Origin: Candidatus Cloacimonadota bacterium | Lineage (GTDB): Bacteria; Cloacimonadota; Cloacimonadia; Cloacimonadales; WRIO01 | NCBI GenBank assembly: GCA_029564175.1 | Contig: JAKQQL010000314.1 | Location: forward strand, 1 to 23,039 | Direction: 5' to 3' | Length of the DNA stretch: 23,039 bases | Shown: positions 8,484 to 16,519 of the stretch, piece by piece | Position numbering within the stretch: position 1 is the first letter of the stretch | Layout: each line of letters starts with the position of its first letter | Notes under the pieces: model-generated | The model's input: only the letters and a program-made list of their open reading frames with translations | Database searches by the model: none | What the model was told of the DNA's origin: nothing | Program-made: the position numbers and the translations under genes

Positions 8484-9609
8484 ATTTACCTCTTAAAATA
8501 ACCTGAGCCAGTTCATTTCTGTTTGCCAGACTGATATCTTCCGGAATATTTTGTCCAAAACTGATATAAGAAAATGGTTTATCCATTTCTACTGACAGAT
8601 TGATGATGTCGCCAAATGATGAACTTTCATCCAGTTTGGTCAAAATAATGCCATTATAAGGAATCATCGCAAAATTCTTCAAGGTTTCCTTCATATCCAG
8701 ATAACGGGTTGTCATGTTCATGACCAGATGAATTTCATCTGCTCGGGAAACTCTGATTGTTTCCTTGAGGGAGACCAGTTGTTTAACATTCTTGGTATTG
8801 ATACCAGCAGAATCGATCAGTATGACTTCATATTTTTGCAATTTATTGATTTTTTCAATCAAATCATTATTACTGTATGCTGACTCAAAATGTATCTTGG
8901 CAATATCAGAAAATGCTTTTAATTGCTCCATCGCTGCGATTCTGTAACTGTCCACAGACACCAGAGCTACTTTTTTACCGTAAGTATATTTATATAAAGC
9001 TGCAAGCTTCGCAATACAGGTAGTCTTCCCCACACCAGTTGAACCCACTATTAATACAACCGTTGGTACTCCCTGATTAAACTTAACGGGTCCGGTAATT
9101 TGTATCATGTTTTTTATTTTTGTAATGATCTTTTGTTCTACCTGTTCATCATCCATCAGATCTTCACCTCTTAGACTGGTAAAAACTTCTTCAATAATAC
9201 TGTTGGCAATTGAAGAACTGATACCACTTTGAATCAGGAGCTTACTGAAATTCTGCAGATTTTTTGGCAAATGTGGCAGATTCTCATATTTGATATGGTT
9301 AAGAATCAATTCTATCCGTTCATTTATAAAACGAATTTCTTTTTGTAAGGATGTAAACTGTGCATTGGATAATGAACTCGGTTCTGGTTTTTCTTGAACC
9401 ACTTTTTGAACTACCTGACCGAAGCTTTCTTTTTTTATTTCATCTTTTTTATCAATGGCAGCCGTTACTTCAATGGCATTTTTCCATTCAGGATTCTCTT
9501 TGGATTCAATACTCTTATTGCTGAGAATAATCGCATCATCTCCGAACTCTTTTTTGATCATCTTCAGTGCTTCTTGCATTGAAGGAGCTATGAATTTTTT
9601 TATTTTCAT
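8473..9609 (-). CDS. flhF: SRP-family GTPase FlhF
   Basis: N-terminus MKIKKFIAPSMQEALKMIKKEFGDDAIILS...IEVTAA; G1 GSTGVGKTT; DSYRIAAMEQL; DSAG; TKLDE; GQNIPEDI. Confidence 0.95.
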   Translation of the reverse strand: MKIKKFIAPSMQEALKMIKKEFGDDAIILSNKSIESKENPEWKNAIEVTAAIDKKDEIKKESFGQVVQKVVQEKPEPSSLSNAQFTSLQKEIRFINERIELILNHIKYENLPHLPKNLQNFSKLLIQSGISSSIANSIIEEVFTSLRGEDLMDDEQVEQKIITKIKNMIQITGPVKFNQGVPTVVLIVGSTGVGKTTCIAKLAALYKYTYGKKVALVSVDSYRIAAMEQLKAFSDIAKIHFESAYSNNDLIEKINKLQKYEVILIDSAGINTKNVKQLVSLKETIRVSRADEIHLVMNMTTRYLDMKETLKNFAMIPYNGIILTKLDESSSFGDIINLSVEMDKPFSYISFGQNIPEDISLANRNELAQVILRGKYGN

Positions 9610-9657
9610 ATTAACATACTAATCCTTTTATTTTAAACTACTCTAGCTCACTATTAT

Positions 9658-9686
9658 AATTTAAAATATTGTGTGTAAATTGTCAA
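9658..9686 (-). promoter_or_regulatory. Sigma70-type promoter of the flhF operon
   Basis: Minus strand TTGACA (9686-9681), 17 bp, TAAATT; a TATAAT overlaps just downstream. Confidence 0.5.
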
Positions 9687-9973
9687 TCAAAAAAACAATT
9701 ATTTCAACAGTATTTTAAAAAACGTAATGATCATGACTTTCAATCTTCAATATCAGGCAGTTATTAGAGTTTATTTATATGATTCATCATTGATGGTTTT
9801 GTATCTCAGAAAAGTATTGTTTATTACTCTTTTCTCTTATCTTTCTCTTATCTATCCTGTAGAAAACAGTCAATTTTTTCGATTTAGTACGTATCCTTTA
9901 TGATTTGAAATAGACGTTCTGATAGCTGAATGATTAATCAATACGGCTGATTTTCAAAATGATTAAAAATCGC

Positions 9974-10002
9974 TTGACTCTGTTAATTTTTCATGCTATT
10001 AT
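9974..10002 (+). promoter_or_regulatory. Sigma70-type promoter (extended -10) of the SBP gene
   Basis: TTGACT 9974-9979, 17 bp, TGcTATTAT (TATTAT 9997-10002); GGAGG at 10016-10020. Confidence 0.65.
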
Positions 10003-10025
10003 TCTTAAAAAAACTGGAGGTTAAA

Positions 10026-10808
10026 ATGAAACCAATTACTTTTAGAAAATTTCTGTTACTGATGTTTGTGCTTTTCATTCTTTGCTACAGCAGTTTATTT
10101 GCTTCACAGCTAAGCATTTACTGTGAAGATGATCCCCCATTCCAGATTATTGAAAAAGACGGTTCGTTAAAAGGGTTAACAGCTGAAGTCTGCCAGGAAA
10201 TCCAAAAAAGAGTTGGCAATAAAGACAAGATTGAGGTGGTTCCCTGGGCAAGAGGTCTTAATGCACTCGATACAAAACCCAATACGGTTCTGTTCAGTAT
10301 GTCCAGAACACCAGAAAGAAATCCGCTTTATCAGTGGGTAGGTCCAGTAAATGAGATTTCTTATGGTCTTTACGTAAAAGCAGATTCAAAAATCAGTATT
10401 AAAAATCTGGATGAAGCAAAAAAACTGAAAGCGATTGGTGTTTACAACAATGATATCAGAGATCAGTATTTAACCAGACAAGGTTTTACCAATCTGGACA
10501 GAGTTACTGACAACACCACCAATATCAAAAAGCTGATGTTAGGACGTATTGATGCCTATGCGGATTCTGATGACGGACTAAAAAGTAATGCAAAAGAAGC
10601 AGGTTATACAGCTAACGATTTGAAGCTTATCCATGTTTTTATGAAAACCCAGCTGTATATTGCCATGTCAAAAGATACGCCTCATGAAATTGTAAAACAA
10701 TGGAATGATGCGCTTGAGCAAATGAAGAAAGATGGCACATTTAAAAAAATCTATACGAAATATTTCCCTGGTAAAGCCTTACCAGGACCAGCCATCAATA
10801 AATTTTAA
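10026..10808 (+). CDS. Extracellular solute-binding protein, family 3 (polar amino acid type), stand-alone
   Basis: Signal peptide, EDDPPFQ, PWARGL, RTPERNPLYQWVGP, GRIDAY, MKKDGTFKKIYTKY. The start is moved from 9993 to ATG 10026 because of the GGAGG SD and because the promoter overlaps 9993. Confidence 0.88.
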   Translation: MKPITFRKFLLLMFVLFILCYSSLFASQLSIYCEDDPPFQIIEKDGSLKGLTAEVCQEIQKRVGNKDKIEVVPWARGLNALDTKPNTVLFSMSRTPERNPLYQWVGPVNEISYGLYVKADSKISIKNLDEAKKLKAIGVYNNDIRDQYLTRQGFTNLDRVTDNTTNIKKLMLGRIDAYADSDDGLKSNAKEAGYTANDLKLIHVFMKTQLYIAMSKDTPHEIVKQWNDALEQMKKDGTFKKIYTKYFPGKALPGPAINKF

Positions 10809-10824
10809 TTCTTGAAAAAAGAAC

Positions 10825-10850
10825 AAGCAGGCATTTCTGCCTGCTTTTTT
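10825..10850. terminator. Intrinsic terminator, probably bidirectional
   Basis: AAGCAGGCA-TTTC-TGCCTGCTT stem-loop followed by a T-run, with an A-run on the other side; lies between convergent genes. Confidence 0.85.
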
Positions 10851-10876
10851 ATTATTCAGTTTTTTTTTACATTTAT

Positions 10877-13800
10877 CTATTTCATTAAAAGCATTTTTCT
10901 CACATTCTGATAGTTATTTGTTTCCATTTTATAGAAATAGATACCTGAAGAGCAAGGTTTGCCTGACTCATTTTTCCCATTCCAGTCTATAGAATGAAGA
11001 CCCTGATTCAGGTTTTCATCGATTAAAATTTTAATCAGCTGACCCTTGCTGTTATAGATACTGATTCTGACTTTTCCAGCATTTTTAAGCGTGAACGAGA
11101 TTTCAGTAGAAGGATTAAATGGATTTGGATAATTTGGCATCAATTTGGTAACAGAAGGAATTGTATTTAAATCATCACTGGCAGTGATATTGACAGTTAC
11201 TGAGTTTGATGGATCAGATTCAAAATAACCATACATTGCAGTCACATAATAACGATTTGTAGCTGTTTGTACGTTTGTATGCACGTATAAGGTATCATCT
11301 GCAGTCGTAGTAACTAAGAGTTCATCGTTGTGATATAAACGGTAAGCAGTCGCATCATCTCTAAAATTCTGAATATTCATTAGATTACCAGCTTTTTGAA
11401 TTCTATCAATATGATTCACAGCATGAGGTGTTCTGACATTTTGAGAATTGTATCCAATTTCTCTCAGGCTATTTGCTTCTGCAACAAAAGCTTTAATCAT
11501 GTTATTGTTACTCCAGTTGTAATCCAGATAATACCAATACCATGTTCCTCCCCTGTATAAGAGGTCACTTTTCCCTGTTGCAACAACCGGACCAGCATCA
11601 ATAGCGATTGGCTGAAGATTTGCCAGAGGAATATCTACTTTATACGCTATCCAAAGTTCCTGATTAGGCTGGATAAGAACAGGCATTGTCAGATCAATAA
11701 TATTCCATTGGCCATAAACCAGATCCTGATGATTAAGAGGCTGTTCGAGCATCAAATTTCCAGAAAAATCCATTGCCCCGCCAGTATATATATGAATCGT
11801 GTACTGACATAGTGAATCTGTTGGGATAAAAGCAAATTTTGTCACATAATGCCCCGTAAGAGAGAGCAGATCAGCCATTTCAAATCGTATTGCTGCGATT
11901 TGGGTTTCTGGAGCCGGATTCATCAGATTGTCAAGATAAACGCCATTTCCATAACTAATCCATTCGCCTAAAGCACCTGGTTTATTCCAGGTAAGACTGA
12001 TATCGTTGTTGTTTACTGATGCATTTAGATGAGTCGGAGGCAACAATACCGGAGGTTGAATGCTTACACTGACACTATTACTTTGACCAGATTCTGTATT
12101 ATCATACATAGCAGAAACTGTGTAAGTATAGGTTTGGTTAGGTTCAACGTTATCATCTTGATAGCTAAGTTCATTAATGATATTCTGTGTTATCAAAGTC
12201 CCGTTTCGATATACTTTATAACCGCTTACTTCTCTGTCAGGTGTTTCAGCAGGGACACTGATACCGGCTCTGATCATAAAATCGCGTTCCTGATGAATAA
12301 ACCATGTTTGACCTAAATTGGAAGTAGAGAAGCTTCTATTATCTGGATTATTTAAATCTGAGCCTATTTGAAAAGTGTTCCCCTGATTCCATTTCACTGC
12401 AATATAAAATCTGTTCCCTGCCGGTACCGGAATATCACAGTATAGGTCAGCCCAAACGGGAGAGCTCATTGTTTCTGTAATAGAGAATTGATAAGGTCCA
12501 CCCAAAATATTCGATTCATCTGGTTCCCCAAAGCTATCTCCAAAAACATAAAAATCCACATTCTGAACCTGATCAAAATGAATCAGCGCTTTGATTTTTC
12601 TAAGATAGACACTTTGTTCATGATTAAAACAAGTTGCAACAAACTCCTGACCTGTTGCCATACCCACCCAATTATATGCTTCAGCACTGCCATCGTCAAA
12701 TGCCAGCTCTGATGAGTTAAAACCAATTGGAGTTTCCCAGTCAAGTGCAACATATTCATTAGCAGCAAATCTGCCTCTGAGATTATGAGGTGGATAGTTT
12801 TCCCCGGTCTGAGGATTTAACTGAAAATTGAGAGTAAGTGTTTGGTTTTCAGTCAGTGTTTGGTTATAAACACTGGCGATATGATAACCTGCTTTCGTAC
12901 AGATCACTTGATAGTTACCAGGGCTGACATTGAGAGAATAATGACCATCTGCTCCTGTCTGAGCCTGAAAACCACCTGCAGTAACAGTAGCTCCGGCAAC
13001 TGGCAATGAAGTTTGTAAGTCCGTAACCAAACCATTGATTGTCGCAAATGCCATCAGATAATGTCTTCCTTTTTTGTAAAACACATCTGAGCCCCCACTT
13101 GTAAGTCCTTCCGACCACACAAGAGTTATATCATCATAACCCTGAGCGTTTTCAACAAAAATCTTTGGTTTATTCGAAGGAAATGAGGAATTTGTGACAT
13201 TAAGCGTTTCTGACCAGTTGTTTCCATTATCTGTAGAATACTTCAGATACACTTCAGTTTCTTCTGTACCGATTTTGTCGTCCCAAACCAGATACAAGCG
13301 GTAGTTACCGTCATTATTGGAGAGTACAGCCAGATTTGGATTAGATGAGTTTCCTTCATTATTGGAGATATTGATCGGAGTTGTCCATGTATCACCCCCG
13401 TTATCTGATTTCATAAAAACGATCTCATTCATATTATATGAAGCGGTAACATTGGATGAAGCAACCAGAAAAAGTTTATTGTTCATTGCTTTCAAGGAAT
13501 ACCTGGAATAACCATTCGGATTGTCATTGGTAATATTCTGCTGAGTTGACCAAGTTTGTCCATAATCTGAAGATTTAGAGAAAAACAGATCAACATTGTT
13601 ATAATCTGTTATCTCTTTTGTCCAAACGACATACAAAACACCGTTATCATAAGTAAAAACCGGCCAGCGACTGGTAGTATTTCCACTTGAAATGGCAATG
13701 GGAGATGAAAATGTTTGTCCATTATCTGTTGATCTGACTGATACAATCTGATATTTGTTATTGATATCCCTGTCTTCATATATTACAAGAACAGTATCTC

Positions 13801-14224
13801 CTTCAGCAAAAACCTGTGGATTTTGCGCCATTCTGGTCGTATTGGAGATATTTTGTTCAGGATACCATGAGTCCCCGCCTGTTGAGGATCTTCTGAGAAA
13901 CACATTAGATGGTGATCCGTAACTGTATGAGATATAGACATTCATCGCATCTTTAGCAGCCACACCCGGTAAGAAATAAATGACATCATCTGGTGTAACT
14001 GCAGAAGCGCTAGTCCAATCCTGACCTGAATTTGTACTTTTGCTGAAATAAACAGATCCCCATTCACTCCAGGTCATATAATAGTGATTGTTCTTCTGAT
14101 ATGAATAGAGGTAATCAGAAGGTCCATAAGTATTGGACAGATTGTACGCATTGTAAAATTCCATCTGAGCGACCAAAGACCCAATCAGTCCAATCAGAAT
14201 AAGTATTACAAGATACTTTTTCAT
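10877..14224 (-). CDS. Large secreted protein: Asp-box/BNR (sialidase-like) beta-propeller, carboxypeptidase-regulatory-like domain, FN3-like modules, C-terminal FlgD-Ig/T9SS-A-like domain
   Basis: Signal peptide; six Asp-boxes (STNSGQDW, SSTGGDSW, STDNGQTF, SSDYGQTW, SDNGGDTW, STDNGNNW); INGLVTD..PVAGATV..TGADGHYSL; GYKVYRNG; C-terminal NYPNPFNPSTEISF...SSGIYFYKM...KMLLMK; SD AGGAG. Confidence 0.85.
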   Translation of the reverse strand: MKKYLVILILIGLIGSLVAQMEFYNAYNLSNTYGPSDYLYSYQKNNHYYMTWSEWGSVYFSKSTNSGQDWTSASAVTPDDVIYFLPGVAAKDAMNVYISYSYGSPSNVFLRRSSTGGDSWYPEQNISNTTRMAQNPQVFAEGDTVLVIYEDRDINNKYQIVSVRSTDNGQTFSSPIAISSGNTTSRWPVFTYDNGVLYVVWTKEITDYNNVDLFFSKSSDYGQTWSTQQNITNDNPNGYSRYSLKAMNNKLFLVASSNVTASYNMNEIVFMKSDNGGDTWTTPINISNNEGNSSNPNLAVLSNNDGNYRLYLVWDDKIGTEETEVYLKYSTDNGNNWSETLNVTNSSFPSNKPKIFVENAQGYDDITLVWSEGLTSGGSDVFYKKGRHYLMAFATINGLVTDLQTSLPVAGATVTAGGFQAQTGADGHYSLNVSPGNYQVICTKAGYHIASVYNQTLTENQTLTLNFQLNPQTGENYPPHNLRGRFAANEYVALDWETPIGFNSSELAFDDGSAEAYNWVGMATGQEFVATCFNHEQSVYLRKIKALIHFDQVQNVDFYVFGDSFGEPDESNILGGPYQFSITETMSSPVWADLYCDIPVPAGNRFYIAVKWNQGNTFQIGSDLNNPDNRSFSTSNLGQTWFIHQERDFMIRAGISVPAETPDREVSGYKVYRNGTLITQNIINELSYQDDNVEPNQTYTYTVSAMYDNTESGQSNSVSVSIQPPVLLPPTHLNASVNNNDISLTWNKPGALGEWISYGNGVYLDNLMNPAPETQIAAIRFEMADLLSLTGHYVTKFAFIPTDSLCQYTIHIYTGGAMDFSGNLMLEQPLNHQDLVYGQWNIIDLTMPVLIQPNQELWIAYKVDIPLANLQPIAIDAGPVVATGKSDLLYRGGTWYWYYLDYNWSNNNMIKAFVAEANSLREIGYNSQNVRTPHAVNHIDRIQKAGNLMNIQNFRDDATAYRLYHNDELLVTTTADDTLYVHTNVQTATNRYYVTAMYGYFESDPSNSVTVNITASDDLNTIPSVTKLMPNYPNPFNPSTEISFTLKNAGKVRISIYNSKGQLIKILIDENLNQGLHSIDWNGKNESGKPCSSGIYFYKMETNNYQNVRKMLLMK

Positions 14225-14254
14225 TACAAACTCCTAAGTTTTTATTTGATTCAA

Positions 14255-14282
14255 ATGATAATCAGCTTAGGATTTATGTCAA
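14255..14282 (-). promoter_or_regulatory. Possible sigma70 promoter of the Asp-box protein gene
   Basis: Minus strand TTGACA (14282-14277), 16 bp, TATCAT. Confidence 0.45.
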
Positions 14283-14327
14283 GGACAGTTTTGTTTAACT
14301 TTCATTATTTTCACCAATTTTAAAAAT

Positions 14328-14359
14328 AATTGAAGGATTTTTCATTTGTGGTTGTTATA
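14328..14359 (+). promoter_or_regulatory. Putative ECF sigma-dependent promoter, copy 1 (upstream of the sigma gene)
   Basis: AATTGAAGGATTT-N11-TTGTTATA; same boxes and spacing as the copy at 14904-14935. Confidence 0.7.
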
Positions 14360-14425
14360 TTATTCAGATAAGATTGAGGTTAAGATAGCTAGCAGCTTTC
14401 GAATATTAGAAAGGGTTTAAAAAGC

Positions 14426-14923
14426 ATGAATCATCCAATTGACTGGGAAGTGTTTATAAAAGATAAGGCCAAAAAACTTTATCATTATATTCTGAAATAT
14501 GTTTCCTATCATGAAGATGCTGAAGATATTGTACAGAATACTTTTCTGGAGTTGTATAAAAACACACATAAGTTAGATGAAGAGTATTATGAACAATGGC
14601 TTTACCGGGTAGCACATAACAAATCTATCAATCTTTTGAAACAAAACACCAGTAAACGAAAGAAACAGGGAGAGATAGAACTTTCAGTACCTGTTTTTAC
14701 AGAAGATAAATACAGCGATGAGAATGAGAAAAAGAAAGCCATTATCAGACAATGTTTCTCATCACTCAAACCGAAATATGCACTTGCACTGGAATTACAG
14801 TTCTACCAAAATAAGTCATACAAAGAAATTGCAGACATCATGGATATCACTCCGTCAGCTGTTGAATCCCTTTTAGTAAGGGCAAAAAAAGAAATGAAAA
14901 AAAAATTGCAGGATTTAAAATAG
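14426..14923 (+). CDS. ECF-type RNA polymerase sigma-70 factor
   Basis: Region 2 DAEDIVQNTF...WLYRVAHN; region 4 SYKEIADIMDITPSAVESLLVRAKK; followed by a zinc anti-sigma gene. Confidence 0.93.
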   Translation: MNHPIDWEVFIKDKAKKLYHYILKYVSYHEDAEDIVQNTFLELYKNTHKLDEEYYEQWLYRVAHNKSINLLKQNTSKRKKQGEIELSVPVFTEDKYSDENEKKKAIIRQCFSSLKPKYALALELQFYQNKSYKEIADIMDITPSAVESLLVRAKKEMKKKLQDLK

Positions 14924-14935
14924 TCGATTGTTATA
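14904..14935 (+). promoter_or_regulatory. Putative ECF sigma-dependent promoter, copy 2 (across the sigma stop codon, upstream of the anti-sigma gene)
   Basis: AATTGCAGGATTT-N11-TTGTTATA. Confidence 0.7.
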
Positions 14936-14956
14936 ATAGACAGAAAGGAGTTCACA

Positions 14957-15379
14957 ATGAAGTGCAAAGCAATCCAAAACAGACTGAATGCATACCTAGA
15001 CAACGAAGTCGATGCCAAGACCAGAAGCATTATACAAAAGCATCTGCTCACCTGCCATGAATGCCAGTCTGAATTATCTCAGCTGAAAGCACTTAATTAT
15101 CAGCTCAACATTAGCTTTACGGAAGAGCTTAATCCTCAGATCATTCGTGAACTAACAGAAAGAAGCCGGTTTATTCAACCTCAAAGAAAGAAATTCGCCC
15201 AGCTGATAATGACTGCTGCGACCATGTGCATGGCTGTGTTTTTAGGTGCCTACATCAGCAATGTATCGTTTGAGCAAAAAACGTCTGTTACAGCTGTGAA
15301 TAATACAAACAATAACAGTACATCAAGTTACTATGATCAGCAATCACTTTATGCTGTTCTGGAAGAGGTGTCACAATGA
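14957..15379 (+). CDS. zf-HC2 (ZAS) transmembrane anti-sigma factor
   Basis: MKC...LNAYLDNE...HLLTCHEC (HxxxCxxC); one TM helix; SD AAGGAG. Confidence 0.9.
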   Translation: MKCKAIQNRLNAYLDNEVDAKTRSIIQKHLLTCHECQSELSQLKALNYQLNISFTEELNPQIIRELTERSRFIQPQRKKFAQLIMTAATMCMAVFLGAYISNVSFEQKTSVTAVNNTNNNSTSSYYDQQSLYAVLEEVSQ

Positions 15380-15834
15380 AAAAGCATTATCTTCACTACC
15401 TGTTATGGATATCCCTGCTCTTTAACATTGCTTTCCTGGGTCACTTCGTGTATCGGACAATAGAATTTCGAAATCATGAAAAACGGGATAAAATGTTCGG
15501 TCCGCCACCTCCACCTCATGAAAAAGGACCAATACAAAGATTAAAGAACAGAGATCCCGAAATGGAAAGTATCAGACTTCAAAACTTCGAATTAAGGAAG
15601 AAGTTCTTCGATGGACTTGCAAATGAGAGTCCTGATTACGAAGCACTATCTATAGTGGCAGATTCACTGATTTCTACCCAAAACCAGATTGAAAAAAAGA
15701 TCACCAAGCAATTTATCAGCGTCCGGAAAGAAATGACCGGAGAAGAAGCTAACCAATTCTTTAACAGACTGACTGAACATGCTGATAAAGGTTGCAGAAG
15801 AATTAAAGAAAAACAAAACAGGAGACAAAAATGA
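15376..15834 (+). CDS. Membrane-anchored periplasmic heavy-metal-sensor / Spy-CpxP-like helical protein
   Basis: N-terminal TM with SLLFNIAFLG, Pro-rich linker, helical body ending in MTGEEANQF (degenerate LTxxQ); ATGA overlap with the anti-sigma gene. Confidence 0.7.
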   Translation: MKKHYLHYLLWISLLFNIAFLGHFVYRTIEFRNHEKRDKMFGPPPPPHEKGPIQRLKNRDPEMESIRLQNFELRKKFFDGLANESPDYEALSIVADSLISTQNQIEKKITKQFISVRKEMTGEEANQFFNRLTEHADKGCRRIKEKQNRRQK

Positions 15835-16364
15835 AAAAAATAATCACTCTAATCAGCTTAATCGCCTTACTGGCACTGGTCAGCACATCACTCTTTGCAC
15901 AGAAACCTAACCAAGAAATGAGACACGAACACAAACAAATGGAAATGAAAAAAGACAATTGTGCAGATTTGAAAGACCAGCTAAAACTGACAACAGAACA
16001 AACAAGTAAAATGGACAAACTCAGAACTGAACACCAAAAAGAAATGATTCAGTTAAGAGCTGACTTAAAAACCAAAGAAATCGACAAAAGACAAGCATTA
16101 AAAAATGAAGACTATACTGCTGCTAAAAAAATAGTTTCTGAAATAGCAAAAATTGAAGAAAACATTGCATTAAAAAGAATTGACCAGTTCAAATCTATGA
16201 CAGACATCCTGACTAAAGAACAAAAAGAAATCATCAAAAACAACCCTGAACTTATGATGGGAATGCACGAAGGTCCTATGATGAGACAAAAGGGCGACTG
16301 TGGAATGCATAAAGAAGGTAAAGGCAGAATGGATCAAAGAAAGCAGATGAAGAACTGTAGATAA
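15831..16364 (+). CDS. Spy/CpxP/ZraP-family periplasmic chaperone (LTXXQ motif)
   Basis: Signal peptide; LKLTTEQ and ILTKEQK motifs; Met/His/Gly-rich termini; SD AGGAG. Confidence 0.85.
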   Translation: MKKIITLISLIALLALVSTSLFAQKPNQEMRHEHKQMEMKKDNCADLKDQLKLTTEQTSKMDKLRTEHQKEMIQLRADLKTKEIDKRQALKNEDYTAAKKIVSEIAKIEENIALKRIDQFKSMTDILTKEQKEIIKNNPELMMGMHEGPMMRQKGDCGMHKEGKGRMDQRKQMKNCR

Positions 16365-16404
16365 ACTCTCTCCCTAAACATAGAGAATCTCCTCTCTCAA
16401 TCCA

Positions 16405-16439
16405 AACGAGCGCTGTCATAACAGCGCTCGTTGCTTTTT
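16405..16439 (+). terminator. Intrinsic terminator of the ECF operon
   Basis: Perfect 12-bp stem AACGAGCGCTGT-CATA-ACAGCGCTCGTT followed by GCTTTTT. Confidence 0.85.
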
Positions 16440-16472
16440 ATATTGATTTTATGCTTTTCATTAAAATAATGC

Positions 16473-16501
16473 TTGACTTAAAGCTAAAAATAGTATAATT
16501 T
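16473..16501 (+). promoter_or_regulatory. Sigma70-type promoter of the GLUG-protein gene
   Basis: TTGACT 16473-16478; TATAAT at 16494 (15-bp spacer) or TAATTT at 16496 (17-bp spacer); SD AAGGAG before ATG 16520. Confidence 0.55.
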
Positions 16502-16519
16502 TACAAAAAAGGAGTTATC

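Noticed and set aside
9831..9852. Tandem 11-bp duplication TTTCTCTTATC x2
   Set aside because: Only two copies in low-complexity intergenic DNA, with no spacers, so it is not a CRISPR or a convincing iteron.
9793..9903. 36-codon ORF MVLYLRKVLFITLFSYLSLIYPVENSQFFRFSTYPL with a signal-peptide-like look
   Set aside because: No SD, and its hydrophobicity follows from the T-rich low-complexity DNA. It cannot be supported without expression data.
9993..10025. Longer N-terminus of the SBP given by the ORF track
   Set aside because: It overlaps the predicted -10 box, and the GGAGG SD points to ATG 10026.
14269..14295. Third copy of the ECF motif (AGGATTT at 14269)
   Set aside because: There is no TTGTTATA at the 11-bp spacing, and it lies within the opposite-strand sigma70-like promoter.
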